A stretch of 64,000 nucleotides of DNA from Ferroacidibacillus organovorans (lineage in GTDB: Bacteria; Bacillota; Bacilli; Alicyclobacillales; SLC66), in the NCBI RefSeq assembly GCF_001642725.1, contig NZ_LSUQ01000010.1, forward strand, positions 1-64,000, in the 5' to 3' direction. A program made the translations under genes and the position numbers. A model generated the notes under the pieces. That model was not told the DNA's origin and ran no database searches. It was given only the letters and a program-made list of their open reading frames with translations. Shown here piece by piece: positions 27,124 through 38,446 of this stretch (positions within the stretch are counted from its first letter, which is position 1; each line of letters opens with the position of its first letter).

Positions 27124-28233
27124 GTGGCTGATTCGATCGATCGAATGAAGGAGATGCTCTTCTGGTTGAAGCTGCTCTCGGTGCAAGGAATTGGCATTCA
27201 GCGTGCCTTTCAGATCAGGGGTGAACTCGTATCATTCGATGAAGCGGATCGCGCAACCATCGAACAATGGCGACATTTGTGTGGCTCTGAAAAAATTGCG
27301 GAATCGCTATACCAGGCTTTTCGCGTCTCGCATGAATATCTCGAGGAAAAAATAATCACACAAAAAGTCAGTTTTGTCGTATGGTCGGATGGTGACTACC
27401 CACATTTATTGCGTGAGATTGCGGCCCCGCCTCCATTCTATTTTTACAAAGGCAAACGATTGACGGATCATCATCGCATCGCAATCGTAGGGACTCGCAA
27501 CTGTACATCGTATGGTAGACATGTGGCATATGAAACGGCACTCGCATTATCGAATGCGGGCACTGAAGTAGTGTCTGGTCTGGCGCAGGGGATTGACGGA
27601 AATGCACACCGGGGAGCAATCGCAGGTGGAACACCTACCATTGCCGTTCTCGGATCAGGTGTACACACGATTTACCCTCAAGAGCATCGCGCTTTGGCAC
27701 AACAGATTATCGATCAAGGAGGCTCACTTCTTAGTGAACACCTTCCTTGGATAGGTCCACAAAAACACCATTTTCCGAGAAGAAACCGAATGATTAGCGG
27801 ATTGTGTCGCGCCGTGATCGTCGTTGAGGCGCCAGTCAAAAGCGGTGCGCTGATTTCAGCTCGCTATGCGCTTGAAGATAATCGCGAAGTGCTTGCGGTA
27901 CCTGGAAACATCACGTCTGATCGTTCAGCGGGTACAAATTTACTCATTATGGATGGGGCGACGCCACTGCTTTGCTCTTCGTCTGCTCCGCTTCAGGTTG
28001 GTTCTCCGCTCGCGGTTCCTTTCGTGCAGGCCGAAACGGCGATCAGAAATGGAGAGACATCACTTGTAGAAAAGATTATTGCTGAACTTCAGACAGGATC
28101 AAAAAGTGTCGAAACGTTGTGTACTGCACTCTCTCTTTCGAGCGAATCGGCAGCGGTTCATCTTCTCTCACTTGAATTGGATGGGAAGATTCAGAAAAGA
28201 TTGGACGGAAGATATGAATGGCAAGCTCGTTGA
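27124..28233 (+). CDS. dprA: DNA-processing protein DprA
   Basis: YP.LL.EI..PP, IAIVGTR, VSGLAQGID..AH, FPRRNRMISGL, SGALISA; start uncertain. Confidence 0.94.
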   Translation: MADSIDRMKEMLFWLKLLSVQGIGIQRAFQIRGELVSFDEADRATIEQWRHLCGSEKIAESLYQAFRVSHEYLEEKIITQKVSFVVWSDGDYPHLLREIAAPPPFYFYKGKRLTDHHRIAIVGTRNCTSYGRHVAYETALALSNAGTEVVSGLAQGIDGNAHRGAIAGGTPTIAVLGSGVHTIYPQEHRALAQQIIDQGGSLLSEHLPWIGPQKHHFPRRNRMISGLCRAVIVVEAPVKSGALISARYALEDNREVLAVPGNITSDRSAGTNLLIMDGATPLLCSSSAPLQVGSPLAVPFVQAETAIRNGETSLVEKIIAELQTGSKSVETLCTALSLSSESAAVHLLSLELDGKIQKRLDGRYEWQAR

Positions 28234-28300
28234 GGATTTGCATATCCTTTCAATCGAGTGATAAGATGTGTTGAATCTTCAGTATGCGAGGAGGAGACCG

Positions 28301-30406
28301 ATGGCCGACTATCTTGTCATCGTTGAGTCACCCGCAAAAGCCAAAACCATCGGGAAATATTTAGGAAGCAAGTACATCGTGAAAGCTTCCATGGGGCATG
28401 TGAGAGACCTTCCAAAAAGTCAACTAGGTGTCGATATTGATCACGGATTTGAACCGAAATATATTACGATTCGTGGAAAAGGCGACGTCCTGAAAGAGTT
28501 AAAAGACTCCGGTCGAAAAGTAAAATCAATCTTCCTGGCTGCTGACCCTGATCGGGAAGGAGAGGCGATTGCGTGGCATTTAGCGCAGAGTTTGGACGTT
28601 GATCCTTCCCGACCGTGTCGCGTAGTCTTTAACGAGATTACGAAGCAGGCGGTCAAAGATGCGTTTAAACACCCGCGAGCAGTAAACATGGATCTCGTTC
28701 ACGCCCAACAGGCGCGACGTATCCTTGATCGCCTTGTAGGGTATCGCATCAGTCCGCTTTTGTGGAAAAAGGTGAAACGCGGTCTTTCGGCAGGTCGTGT
28801 TCAATCCGTCGCGGTGCGCTTGGTCGTTGATCGAGAGCGCGAGATACGCGCCTTCACACCAGAAGAATACTGGACTGTGCGTGCACAATGCAACGTCTCA
28901 GGGGAGCGTTTTGTGGCTCAGTTTTACGGATATAAAGGAAAAAAACAAGAATTAAAAACACATGAAGATGTGGTATCACTCTTTACGCGTGTCAAAGGGC
29001 AACCATTTGTCGTAGACAAGGTTCGCGCCAGTGAGCGAAAAAGGAATCCATCCCCTCCTTTTACAACGAGTAGTTTACAGCAGGAAGCGGCGAGGCGACT
29101 GGGGTTTCGCGCGCAGCGCACCATGTCTGTCGCCCAACAATTATATGAGGGAATTGATTTGCCCAAAGAGGGCGCTGTAGGGTTGATCACGTACATGCGA
29201 ACGGATTCAACACGCTTGTCAGATACTGCGCTCACAGAAGCGCGCGCGCAAATCGTAGCAGTTTATGGTGATGCCTATGTGCCAGATCAACCGCGCGTCT
29301 ACTCAACGCGCCAAGGCGCACAGGATGCGCACGAGGCGATTCGTCCAACCTCCGCCATGCGTGACCCGGAATCACTCAAATCAATTCTCAGTCGCGATCA
29401 ATATCGATTGTATAAGTTGATCTATGAGCGATTCCTTGCGTGTCAAATGGCGTCCGCTGTGCTTGATACTTTACAGGTAGAAATTCTGGCAGGAGAAGCA
29501 ACGTTTCGCGCGTCAGGTTCAAAAATCAAGTTTCCTGGTTTTATGAAACTCTACATCGAAGGTTCTGATGATCAAGAAGAAGAAGAAGGTTTTCTGCCGC
29601 CTTTGCAAGAGGGACAGACCCTGGAGCCAAGGCCGACATTAAAAGAAGAACAACATTTTACCCAACCGCCACCGCGTTTTTCTGAAGCGCGTCTTGTCAA
29701 AAGCATGGAGGAGTTGGGGATTGGTCGCCCGAGTACGTATGCGCCAACGATTGAAACGATTCAAAAACGCGGGTATGTCTTGCTGCAAGAAAAACGTTTT
29801 GTGCCAACTGAACTCGGTGAACTGGTCATTGACCTCTTGAAGGAATTTTTTCCGACCATTGTCGATGCTGATTTTACAGCACAACTCGAAAAGCAGTTGG
29901 ATGATGTGGAAGATGGCGATGTCGACTACGTCAAGATGCTTGATCTCTTCAATCGAGACTTTGAGCAGTATCTTGAAATCGCAGAAAAGAGTATGGAACA
30001 CGTTACACTTGAAGACGAATTGTCAGACGAAATCTGCGAAAAATGCGGAAGACAGATGGTTTTTAAACACGGCCGATTCGGAAAGTTTTTGGCATGTCCA
30101 GGATTTCCGGAGTGCAGAAATGCCAAACCAATTCTAAAACCGCTTGATGTCGCGTGTCCACGTTGCAGCAAACCGCTCGTTCAACGCAGTGGGAAAAAAA
30201 GAAGAGTCTTTTACGGATGTTCCGGTTATCCAGAGTGTAACTATGTACTGTGGGATGAACCGGCAATGCGTCCTTGCCCGTCTTGTGGTGAACCTCTTAT
30301 AAAGAAGAAAAATAAGCGCGGTGAACAAATCGTCTGTTCGAATGCGGACTGCCAACATGTTGAACAAAGCGATGAGAGCGTTACGGTGGGCTCTGACGGA
30401 AGGTGA
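28301..30406 (+). CDS. topA: DNA topoisomerase I
   Basis: [39 protein letters not shown]-terminal zinc fingers. Confidence 0.98.
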   Translation: MADYLVIVESPAKAKTIGKYLGSKYIVKASMGHVRDLPKSQLGVDIDHGFEPKYITIRGKGDVLKELKDSGRKVKSIFLAADPDREGEAIAWHLAQSLDVDPSRPCRVVFNEITKQAVKDAFKHPRAVNMDLVHAQQARRILDRLVGYRISPLLWKKVKRGLSAGRVQSVAVRLVVDREREIRAFTPEEYWTVRAQCNVSGERFVAQFYGYKGKKQELKTHEDVVSLFTRVKGQPFVVDKVRASERKRNPSPPFTTSSLQQEAARRLGFRAQRTMSVAQQLYEGIDLPKEGAVGLITYMRTDSTRLSDTALTEARAQIVAVYGDAYVPDQPRVYSTRQGAQDAHEAIRPTSAMRDPESLKSILSRDQYRLYKLIYERFLACQMASAVLDTLQVEILAGEATFRASGSKIKFPGFMKLYIEGSDDQEEEEGFLPPLQEGQTLEPRPTLKEEQHFTQPPPRFSEARLVKSMEELGIGRPSTYAPTIETIQKRGYVLLQEKRFVPTELGELVIDLLKEFFPTIVDADFTAQLEKQLDDVEDGDVDYVKMLDLFNRDFEQYLEIAEKSMEHVTLEDELSDEICEKCGRQMVFKHGRFGKFLACPGFPECRNAKPILKPLDVACPRCSKPLVQRSGKKRRVFYGCSGYPECNYVLWDEPAMRPCPSCGEPLIKKKNKRGEQIVCSNADCQHVEQSDESVTVGSDGR

Positions 30407-31749
30407 GAGACGTGAGTGAATCATCCAATCATGTCACGGTTGTCGGTGCTGGGTTAGCCGGTTCCGAGGCAGCTTGGCAATTGGCAAATCGCGGTGTTGC
30501 CGTGACGCTCGTGGAGATGAGAGGCGTTGTTCAGACACCTGCACATCGTGGGGTTGATTTTGCGGAACTGGTTTGTTCAAACAGTTTGCGATCAAACGCA
30601 CTTACAAACGCAGTGGGCCTGTTAAAAGAGGAAATGAGACGCCTCAATTCGCTGATCATGCTCTGCGCGGATCGACACGCAGTTCCTGCGGGCGGCGCGC
30701 TCGCAGTGGATCGAGAAGCATTCTCGCGCGAAATCACAGATCGGCTGTCGAATCATCCGCAGATCTGCGTGCGCAGAGAAGTTGTAGAAGCGATTCCTGA
30801 AGGTGTGACCATTCTTGCGACAGGTCCGCTTACGAGTGAACGACTGAGCGAATCAATCGCTTCTTTTACCGGTCAGTCTTCTCTGTATTTTTACGATGCG
30901 GCCGCGCCGATTGTAGAGCATGCATCCATTGATATGACGAAAGCGTTTATCGCTTCACGTTATGGAAAAGGTGAAGCTGCGTACATCAACTGCCCGATGG
31001 ATGAAGAGGAGTTTAACCGGTTTTATGACGCACTTGTTGCTGCGCAGACGGCAGAATTGCACTCGTTTGAAAAGGAAATTTATTTTGAAGGGTGCATGCC
31101 GGTCGAAGTAATGGCAAAAAGAGGACGACAGACGCTGCTTTTTGGACCGTTAAAACCGGTTGGTCTCGCTCATCCGGAGACGGGGAAAGAGGCGTTTGCC
31201 GTGGTGCAATTGCGCCAGGATAATGCAGCGGCTACTCTTTACAACATGGTCGGTTTTCAGACGCATCTTAAGTGGGGAGAACAAAAGCGAGTATTTCAAT
31301 TGATTCCAGGGCTTGAGAATGCCGAATTTGTAAGATTCGGTGTAATGCATCGCAATACCTTTTTGCGCTCACCGCTCGTGATTAAAGAGACGTATCAAGC
31401 AAAAGACCGTTCTTCGCTCTTTTTTGCGGGCCAAATTACTGGTGTGGAAGGGTATGTTGAATCGGCTGCATCTGGGCTGGTCGCTGGTATCAATGCGGCT
31501 CGTTACATATCGTCGCAAGAGCTGCTTGTCTTTCCTCGTGAAACTGCGATCGGTAGTCTCGCTTATTACATTACACACGCCGATCCCGAACATTTTCAAC
31601 CGATGAACGCCACGTTCGGATTATTGCCGCCTCTTGAGCAACGAGTGAGGTCAAAAATCGAAAAGAATGAGAAACTTTCGTTACGGTCTCTTGATATTGT
31701 TCAGAATCTTATAGATAAAGATGTCAATTCGCTTGCAAGTCGATTCTGA
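30403..31749 (+). CDS. trmFO: methylenetetrahydrofolate--tRNA-(uracil-5-)-methyltransferase TrmFO
   Basis: [37 protein letters not shown]. Confidence 0.97.
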   Translation: MRDVSESSNHVTVVGAGLAGSEAAWQLANRGVAVTLVEMRGVVQTPAHRGVDFAELVCSNSLRSNALTNAVGLLKEEMRRLNSLIMLCADRHAVPAGGALAVDREAFSREITDRLSNHPQICVRREVVEAIPEGVTILATGPLTSERLSESIASFTGQSSLYFYDAAAPIVEHASIDMTKAFIASRYGKGEAAYINCPMDEEEFNRFYDALVAAQTAELHSFEKEIYFEGCMPVEVMAKRGRQTLLFGPLKPVGLAHPETGKEAFAVVQLRQDNAAATLYNMVGFQTHLKWGEQKRVFQLIPGLENAEFVRFGVMHRNTFLRSPLVIKETYQAKDRSSLFFAGQITGVEGYVESAASGLVAGINAARYISSQELLVFPRETAIGSLAYYITHADPEHFQPMNATFGLLPPLEQRVRSKIEKNEKLSLRSLDIVQNLIDKDVNSLASRF

Positions 31750-31762
31750 ACTGTGTTACCAT
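31733..31762 (+). promoter_or_regulatory. sigma-A-type promoter for xerC-hslVU-codY
   Basis: TTGCAA-N18-TACCAT with extended TG. Confidence 0.5.
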
Positions 31763-31803
31763 ACATCAGCCGGGTCGAATGGTGTCGAAAGCGGGGAGCG
31801 TTC

Positions 31804-32757
31804 GTGGAACATTCGCTTGACGTAGAGCTGTGGGAGCATGAACTTCTTCACTTTGAGCGTTGGATGGTTGCGCAACGCAATTATTCACCACATACGGTTC
31901 GTGCCTATCGTGCCGATATTCACGCTTTTCTCGAATCCTATCGCGGCGCTCCAGGCTCGATTTCGCCGCAAGTGATTCGTTCCTATCTCGCAACGCTTAT
32001 GGCTAGAGGCGTTGGGAAAAGAACGATCGCTCGCAAGGTCAGCGCGTTGCGCTCATTTCATCGTGCACTCTGCATTCAAGGCTCGGAGGATATGAACGCA
32101 GCGAACCACGTTAACCTGCCAAAGATGGATCGCAAGCTGCCCTCCTTCTTGACGATTGATGAGATGCACGAACTGCTTAAATTGCCGGGTACTTCAACTC
32201 CGCTAGGCATGCGCGATCAAGCAATTTTGGAGTTTCTATACGCGACGGGTACCCGCGTTTCTGAATGTGTTGCACTCAATGTTAACGATCTGGATTTACG
32301 GACGTTTTCAATTCGCATCATGGGAAAAGGGCGAAAAGAACGCGTGGTTTTATTTGGTCGAAGAGCAGCAAATGCCGTTTCAGACTATCTGGAACAGGGC
32401 CGCGCTACACTTGCCGATGTAAACGAAAAAGCGCTCTTTGTGAATCGCAACGGCGGGCGACTGACTGATCGATCTGTTCGTCGAATGCTTGATCGGTATA
32501 TCGATCAACTCGCGATCACCAAGCGAATTTCGCCGCATTCCATTCGACACACATTCGCGACCCATATGCTTGAGGGCGGGGCAGATTTGCGCGTTGTTCA
32601 GGAACTTCTTGGTCACGCGAGTCTCTCTTCTACGCAGATCTACACACACACACTGCGCGAGAACATCTCGTGCGTGTGTACGAGGCGGCTCATCCGCGCG
32701 CGCATTCCAATTCCATGGCAGAGTAAATGCGAGCAAGGAACCGTAAACGGTGATTGA
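31804..32757 (+). CDS. xerC: tyrosine recombinase XerC/CodV; C-terminus apparently frameshifted (corrected stop at 32726)
   Basis: LYATGTRVSE, GKGRKER, HSIRHTFATH, LLGH, TQIYTH; conserved tail VY...HPRA lies in another frame after (AC)6. Confidence 0.93.
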   Translation: MEHSLDVELWEHELLHFERWMVAQRNYSPHTVRAYRADIHAFLESYRGAPGSISPQVIRSYLATLMARGVGKRTIARKVSALRSFHRALCIQGSEDMNAANHVNLPKMDRKLPSFLTIDEMHELLKLPGTSTPLGMRDQAILEFLYATGTRVSECVALNVNDLDLRTFSIRIMGKGRKERVVLFGRRAANAVSDYLEQGRATLADVNEKALFVNRNGGRLTDRSVRRMLDRYIDQLAITKRISPHSIRHTFATHMLEGGADLRVVQELLGHASLSSTQIYTHTLRENISCVCTRRLIRARIPIPWQSKCEQGTVNGD

Positions 32758-32775
32758 GAGTAGGGGGACAAGGCA

Positions 32776-33336
32776 GTGAGCTTTCATGCAACGACGATCC
32801 TGGCGATTCGCACTCCACTCGGTGGCGCGATGGCGGGTGATGGTCAGGTTACCTTCGGTAACGCAATGATTATGAAATCAACGGCGAGAAAAGTGCGGAG
32901 ACTTTATCGGGGTGAGGTCATTGTCGGGTTTGCAGGAAGTGTCGCGGACGCGATGACGCTCTCAGAAAAGTTTGAGCAGAAGCTTGAAGAACATAAGGGA
33001 AATGTGCCGCGCGCAGCAGTTGAATTGGCAAAGATGTGGCGAACGGATCGCATGTTAAGTAAGCTTGAAGCGATGCTTATTGCACTCTCAAAAGACCATC
33101 TCTTGATGATTTCTGGGACGGGTGAAGTGATTGAGCCGGATGACGGCATTTGTGCGATTGGCTCCGGAGGTTCGTACGCACTCGCTGCAGCGCGAGCGCT
33201 TGTGCGCCACACGGAGTTAAGCCCTGAGTCGACTGTTCGTGAAGCGCTGAAAATTGCCAGTGAGCTATGCGTCTACACGAATGAAAACATCATTGTCGAG
33301 CAGATCAATCCCGGACGAGAGGATGGTTCGTTGTGA
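32776..33336 (+). CDS. hslV: ATP-dependent protease subunit HslV/ClpQ
   Basis: [27 protein letters not shown]. Confidence 0.97.
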   Translation: MSFHATTILAIRTPLGGAMAGDGQVTFGNAMIMKSTARKVRRLYRGEVIVGFAGSVADAMTLSEKFEQKLEEHKGNVPRAAVELAKMWRTDRMLSKLEAMLIALSKDHLLMISGTGEVIEPDDGICAIGSGGSYALAAARALVRHTELSPESTVREALKIASELCVYTNENIIVEQINPGREDGSL

Positions 33337-34709
33337 GTGCGTCATTCTCGCCTAAAGAAATTGTCGACGAACTAGACATTCATGTCGTCGGCCAAAAGGC
33401 AGCCAAACGGGCTGTCGCGATAGCGCTTCGCAATCGTTTCCGGCGTGCAAAGCTCGATCCGGAATTGCGCGATGAGGTATCTCCAAAAAATATCTTGATG
33501 ATTGGACCTACAGGAGTTGGAAAAACGGAAATCGCGCGACGAATCGCTAAACTAACCGGCGCCCCGTTTGTCAAGGTAGAAGCCACGAAGTTTACAGAGG
33601 TTGGCTATGTGGGACGCGATGTGGATTCCATGGTTCGGGATCTGGTAGAAACAGGAATCCGCACGTTAAAAGCGGAGCGAATATCGGCTGTTGAGGATCG
33701 GGCAAAGGATGCGGTAAACGAACGAATCCTTGATGCGATGATGCCGGATTCAAACCGTGAGCGAACGTTTCGCAATCCGCTTGAGGCGCTGTTTCAAGCG
33801 AGTGAGCCTACTAAACCTGCGTCGGAGTCTGTCCGTCTGGAGCGCGATCGGCTTCGTCGGGAATTGCTGACGGGTGCGCTTGATGACCGTGTCATTGAGA
33901 TCAATGTCGAGGATACCTCATCTCCGAATCTTGACTTCATGCCTGGCATGGGTGCGGAAAACCTCGGCAACCTCCAGGAAATGCTCGGTAATTTCTTTCC
34001 GAAGCGCAAGCGGCAACGACGTGTGACCGTTCATGAGGCAAAGAAGCTTCTGGTTGCAGAAGAAGCGCAAAAGTTGATCGACATGGATGAATTGACGCGC
34101 GACGCGGTTCGCCGGGCTGAAGAAGCCGGGATTATCTTCATTGATGAGATTGACAAGATCGCGAGTCGCGAAGGACGTGGCGGTGCCGACGTATCGCGTG
34201 AAGGTGTGCAGCGCGACATTCTACCGATTGTTGAAGGTTCGACCGTGATGACAAAACATGGGCCAGTAAAAACGGATCATATCTTGTTCATCGCGGCAGG
34301 CGCATTCCATATGTCCAAGCCGTCAGACTTGATTCCAGAACTTCAGGGACGTTTTCCTATTCGCGTTGAACTGACAAGTCTAAGTGCGAACGATATGGAG
34401 AAAATACTGACAGAGCCGAAGAGTGCGCTTATTACACAATACAAGGCGCTCCTTGCGACAGAAGGGGTTACGCTTGAATTCGCTGAGGGGTCTGTTCGGC
34501 GCATTGCTGAAATCGCAACCGATGTGAATGCAAACACAGAAGACATCGGCGCCCGTCGTTTGCATACGCTGCTCGAAAAGCTGTTGGAAGATGTCATGTT
34601 TGAAGCGCCCAACATTAGTCCGACGAGCATTGTGGTCACACCGGACTATGTGGACGAAAAATTGGCCGGAATCGCGGGAGACAGAGATTTAAGTCACTTT
34701 ATTTTATAG
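33333..34709 (+). CDS. hslU: ATP-dependent protease ATPase subunit HslU/ClpY
   Basis: [34 protein letters not shown]. Confidence 0.97.
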   Translation: MSASFSPKEIVDELDIHVVGQKAAKRAVAIALRNRFRRAKLDPELRDEVSPKNILMIGPTGVGKTEIARRIAKLTGAPFVKVEATKFTEVGYVGRDVDSMVRDLVETGIRTLKAERISAVEDRAKDAVNERILDAMMPDSNRERTFRNPLEALFQASEPTKPASESVRLERDRLRRELLTGALDDRVIEINVEDTSSPNLDFMPGMGAENLGNLQEMLGNFFPKRKRQRRVTVHEAKKLLVAEEAQKLIDMDELTRDAVRRAEEAGIIFIDEIDKIASREGRGGADVSREGVQRDILPIVEGSTVMTKHGPVKTDHILFIAAGAFHMSKPSDLIPELQGRFPIRVELTSLSANDMEKILTEPKSALITQYKALLATEGVTLEFAEGSVRRIAEIATDVNANTEDIGARRLHTLLEKLLEDVMFEAPNISPTSIVVTPDYVDEKLAGIAGDRDLSHFIL

Positions 34710-34721
34710 GAGGATGTTGAC

Positions 34722-35489
34722 ATGGATTTGTTAAAAAAGGCACGGAGTATCAATCGATTATTGCAGCGAGCAGGGCAGTTTGTGGACTTTCTGGAAATGG
34801 CGGAACTTCTACGTGACGTGATTCAAGCGAATGTGTACGTCGTTTCGAGAACGGGTAAAATTTTGGGCTTAGCCGAGATTCGCGCGGAAGGGACGTACGA
34901 AACGGATTTGCAGCGGCTGTTTCCTTCTGAGTACAACGCAGGTCTTCTTCGTCAGGATACGACACTTGCCAATACGCATAACATGAACCCATTGGCCGAG
35001 TTGAACGAACAACACCACGAGTCGCAGGATTCGGAAGTCACAACGATTGTTCCTGTCATTGGTGGTGGAGATCGTCTTGGAACATTGATACTCGCGCGTC
35101 AGTCACCTGACTTCACAGATGAAGATTTGTTGTTGGCGGAGTTTGGTGCAACGGTTGTAGGAATGGAAATTTTGCGTTCGCGCGCGCACGAAATGGAAGA
35201 AGAATCGCGTTCCCGCGCGATCGTTCAGATGGCAGTCGACTCTCTTTCTTACAGTGAACTGGAAGCTGTGGACCACATCTTTGAAGAATTGGACGGCCGT
35301 GAAGGACTCTTGGTTGCGAGTAAAATCGCGGATCGCGTCGGCATTACCCGCTCGGTGATTGTCAATGCGTTGCGCAAACTTGAGAGTGCGGGTGTTATTG
35401 AGTCGCGTTCGCTCGGAATGAAAGGGACATACATCAAGATTTTGAATGACAAACTGCTTGCGCAATTGCACAAAGTGCGCAACCGCTAA
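34722..35489 (+). CDS. codY: GTP/BCAA-sensing transcriptional regulator CodY
   Basis: [46 protein letters not shown]. Confidence 0.98.
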   Translation: MDLLKKARSINRLLQRAGQFVDFLEMAELLRDVIQANVYVVSRTGKILGLAEIRAEGTYETDLQRLFPSEYNAGLLRQDTTLANTHNMNPLAELNEQHHESQDSEVTTIVPVIGGGDRLGTLILARQSPDFTDEDLLLAEFGATVVGMEILRSRAHEMEEESRSRAIVQMAVDSLSYSELEAVDHIFEELDGREGLLVASKIADRVGITRSVIVNALRKLESAGVIESRSLGMKGTYIKILNDKLLAQLHKVRNR

Positions 35490-35545
35490 GCGCAGTTCAA
35501 ATTCGAGTTTGTGAAATTCGATTGAAACGGATCGCGGATTTGGGT

Positions 35546-35586
35546 GGGTTGCCACAGGATCGCTGTGGCAACCCTTTGTCGTTTTT
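35546..35586 (+). terminator. intrinsic terminator after codY
   Basis: GGGTTGCCACAG / CTGTGGCAACCC 12-bp stem, T-rich tail. Confidence 0.8.
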
Positions 35587-35683
35587 CGAAGAAATCCCCA
35601 AATTCGCTGTCATAGATGCAGGGAAAACGTCGATTCTTGTTGAATTCTAATTGATGATCGTTCAAGAAGGGGCGTGATAATGT

Positions 35684-36091
35684 TTGTCTGGTTCCTTCAC
35701 CATCGCGGCACTCCAGTCTGCGCTTGACGCAGCTCAGTTAAGACAACAAGTTTATGCGAATAACATTGCAAATGCTAATACGCCGGGGTACCACCGCGAA
35801 ACTGTTCAATTTAACTCGCTCTTGCAACAGGCGATCGCACAGTCAAATGGTTCCGGTACACTTGCGATGCTGCAAAATAGTTCGAGTGACCTGTCAACGG
35901 TGCAGACGTTGCAAAATGTCGCGCCGGTCGTAACGGTTGATCAAAATACAGCCGTTTCGTCCAATGGGAATAATGTCAATTTGGACGCGGAAATGAGCGG
36001 TCTTGCCATGAACCAATTGGACGCGGCGGCGATGGTCACTGAGTTGAATAACCAGTTTACCTTGCTTAGAACTGCAATTCTCGGGAGTTGA
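35684..36091 (+). CDS. flgB: flagellar basal body rod protein FlgB
   Basis: RQQVYANNIANANTPGY, NGNNVNLDAEM; first gene of operon. Confidence 0.93.
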   Translation: MSGSFTIAALQSALDAAQLRQQVYANNIANANTPGYHRETVQFNSLLQQAIAQSNGSGTLAMLQNSSSDLSTVQTLQNVAPVVTVDQNTAVSSNGNNVNLDAEMSGLAMNQLDAAAMVTELNNQFTLLRTAILGS

Positions 36092-36096
36092 TCGAG

Positions 36097-36531
36097 ATGG
36101 GACTATTTGATGGTTTGACGATAAGCGCGACCGGCTTGACCGCGAATCGTCTCTGGCTTGATGTGATTTCGAACAATATCGCTAACGCAAACACGACGCG
36201 GACGCCAACGGGAGGCCCGTATCGAAGAGAAGAGGTTGTCCTCAATTCGGTTCCTACTTCCTTCCAGAGTGTTTTAGGGAACGCCGTAAATTCTTCTTTG
36301 TCGGGCGGGGGAGTTGTGGTTCAGTCCGTTGTCAAAGATCCTTCTCCGTTTCGACTTGTGTACGATCCGACGAACCCGAACGCTGTAAATGGGTATGTTC
36401 AAATGCCGAATGTCGATATCGCGAAAGAGATGGTAGATATGATTACCGCTTCACGCGCGTATGAGGCGAATGTGACTGCGTTCGATGCGGCAAAAGCGAT
36501 CGATGTTCAGACGCTCAATATTGGAAAGTAG
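36097..36531 (+). CDS. flgC: flagellar basal body rod protein FlgC
   Basis: NNIANANTTRT..GGPYRR, GYVQMPNV..EMVDMI.ASRAYEAN. Confidence 0.96.
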   Translation: MGLFDGLTISATGLTANRLWLDVISNNIANANTTRTPTGGPYRREEVVLNSVPTSFQSVLGNAVNSSLSGGGVVVQSVVKDPSPFRLVYDPTNPNAVNGYVQMPNVDIAKEMVDMITASRAYEANVTAFDAAKAIDVQTLNIGK

Positions 36532-36540
36532 GTTTACATC

Positions 36541-36831
36541 TTGATAAACCCGATTTCTAACGTAATGATGGCGACACCCGCACTGGCGACACCAGCTGCT
36601 GCGAATGGGGGCACGTCATTCTCGCAGATGCTGACAAGCGCCCTGCAAGGGGTCAATACTTCTGTCGCACAATCCCAGTCACAAGGGTTGGCCTTGGCGG
36701 CAGGGACTGCGCCAAATCTCAGCAATGTCATGGTTTCAGCGACACAGGCGCAACTCGCACTCGATCTTACCGTACAGGTGCGCAACCGCGCAGTCAGTGC
36801 TTATAACCAATTGATGAGTATGCAAGTATAA
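36541..36831 (+). CDS. fliE: flagellar hook-basal body protein FliE
   Basis: FSQML, QVRNRAVSAYNQLMSMQV. Confidence 0.93.
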   Translation: MINPISNVMMATPALATPAAANGGTSFSQMLTSALQGVNTSVAQSQSQGLALAAGTAPNLSNVMVSATQAQLALDLTVQVRNRAVSAYNQLMSMQV

Positions 36832-36877
36832 TCCGCGAACCGCGTAGAGGGTGAGTTGCACTGGGTGATGGTTCAGG

Positions 36878-38386
36878 ATGAATTATGATTTGCAATCTCT
36901 TATAAAGCGGTTTTCTGAATGGTATGGTTCACTTGAGAGACGTCAGAAACGCAATCTGATCGCAATCGGCATTTTCTTTTTGCTAACGGTGTCTTTGCTA
37001 TCCCTTTTTCTGCTCAATCCGAATTACCAGGTGGTCTTTTCGAATCTCAATTCAAAGTCTGCCGGTGAGATCACCCAAAAACTGGATCAGTTAAAAATTC
37101 CCTATCAATTACAGGGCAATACGATTCTGATTCCATCAGCGCAGGCGGATCAAGCGAGAATCGATATGGCGATGAATGGATTGCCGAGTACGGGGATGGT
37201 GGATTATTCCCAAATTATTCAAAATTCTTCGCCGCTCGGAATGACAGATCAGGCCATGAATCTCGAAGTGCTTTCTGTTTTGCAAACCCGTCTTGCGCAA
37301 TCGATTGAATTGATCAACGGAATTTCTAATGCACAGGTCAATATTGTAATGCCGCAATCATCCAGCTTTTTGGTGAATCCGACACAATCCGGCACGGCGA
37401 AGGCTTCTGTCATTCTTAATGTGGCCCCGGGCAACGTACTCACATCTTCGCAAGTGTTTGGGATTCAGCAATTGGTTGCTCACTCAGTAACGGGGTTGAG
37501 CGCGGCAGACGTTTCTGTCATCGATCAAAATGGCAATGATCTCTCTGCCTCCACCGGGTCAAGTGGTGCCGCAATTTCCGGTCAAGTCGCGCAGGAAATT
37601 GCAATTAAACAGCAGATTGAGACAACGCTTGCGATGCAGCTACAAAATAGCTTGACCCAGTTTGTTGGCGCGGGAAACGTCCAGGTCATCGTTCACGCAA
37701 ACGTGACTTTTAACTCGGAAGTTCAATCAAGCCACGTTGTAACGGCAGGGCCACCACTCTCATCGCAAACGTCGACGAGTTCATCGACAGGTGGCGGGAC
37801 AGGAGGCGGCGTTGCGGGGCAGGCGACGCAAAATCCGAATGTCGTCACCTATGGAAGTACGGGCGGGGGAACCGGATCTACGTCCAATACGCGATCAAGC
37901 ACGACAAATTACGAAAACAGCAATACGAATACGACGACAAAACTCGACCCTATGCAAGTCAATGGCTATAACGTGAGTGTACTGATCAACGCAAAGGCGG
38001 TTGCACTGACGCCGACGCTTAGCGCGAATCTTCAGCAGTTTGTTTTAACGGCCGTAGGTGCGCGCGGGGCTGGTGCGAAAGGATCGGCCGTGAGTGTACT
38101 GACGGTTCCGTTTGTCAATTCTTCTCTAACAGGCACAGTTCCAAGTTCATTTGTCACACCCCTCGCGCTAGGTGCGGTTGGAGCGCTTGTTCTTGGAGGA
38201 ATTCTTATCTTTATCATCAGGCGACGCAAACGGCCAGATCCGGTTACGGCGCAGCGCCAGCTCCTGGGTGATGACAACACCGAGCAATCGCCTGAAGCAA
38301 TGATGACACGCCAATTGCAGGAAATGGCTTTTAAAAAACCAGAAGCAATGGCATCACTCATTCGCACGTGGCTATCCGATGATTGA
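36878..38386 (+). CDS. fliF: flagellar M-ring protein FliF
   Basis: two TMs, AKASV, LIRTWL C-terminus, position between fliE and fliG. Confidence 0.92.
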   Translation: MNYDLQSLIKRFSEWYGSLERRQKRNLIAIGIFFLLTVSLLSLFLLNPNYQVVFSNLNSKSAGEITQKLDQLKIPYQLQGNTILIPSAQADQARIDMAMNGLPSTGMVDYSQIIQNSSPLGMTDQAMNLEVLSVLQTRLAQSIELINGISNAQVNIVMPQSSSFLVNPTQSGTAKASVILNVAPGNVLTSSQVFGIQQLVAHSVTGLSAADVSVIDQNGNDLSASTGSSGAAISGQVAQEIAIKQQIETTLAMQLQNSLTQFVGAGNVQVIVHANVTFNSEVQSSHVVTAGPPLSSQTSTSSSTGGGTGGGVAGQATQNPNVVTYGSTGGGTGSTSNTRSSTTNYENSNTNTTTKLDPMQVNGYNVSVLINAKAVALTPTLSANLQQFVLTAVGARGAGAKGSAVSVLTVPFVNSSLTGTVPSSFVTPLALGAVGALVLGGILIFIIRRRKRPDPVTAQRQLLGDDNTEQSPEAMMTRQLQEMAFKKPEAMASLIRTWLSDD

Positions 38387-38446
38387 ATCATTTTTTCGCG
38401 CTGATGGAGCGAAGAATTTGAAACTGGAAAATCAAGGGGGTGTGGC

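Noticed and set aside
31804..32757. Tyrosine recombinase as a mobile-element integrase
   Set aside because: Conserved trmFO-xerC-hslV-hslU-codY context marks it as housekeeping XerC/CodV
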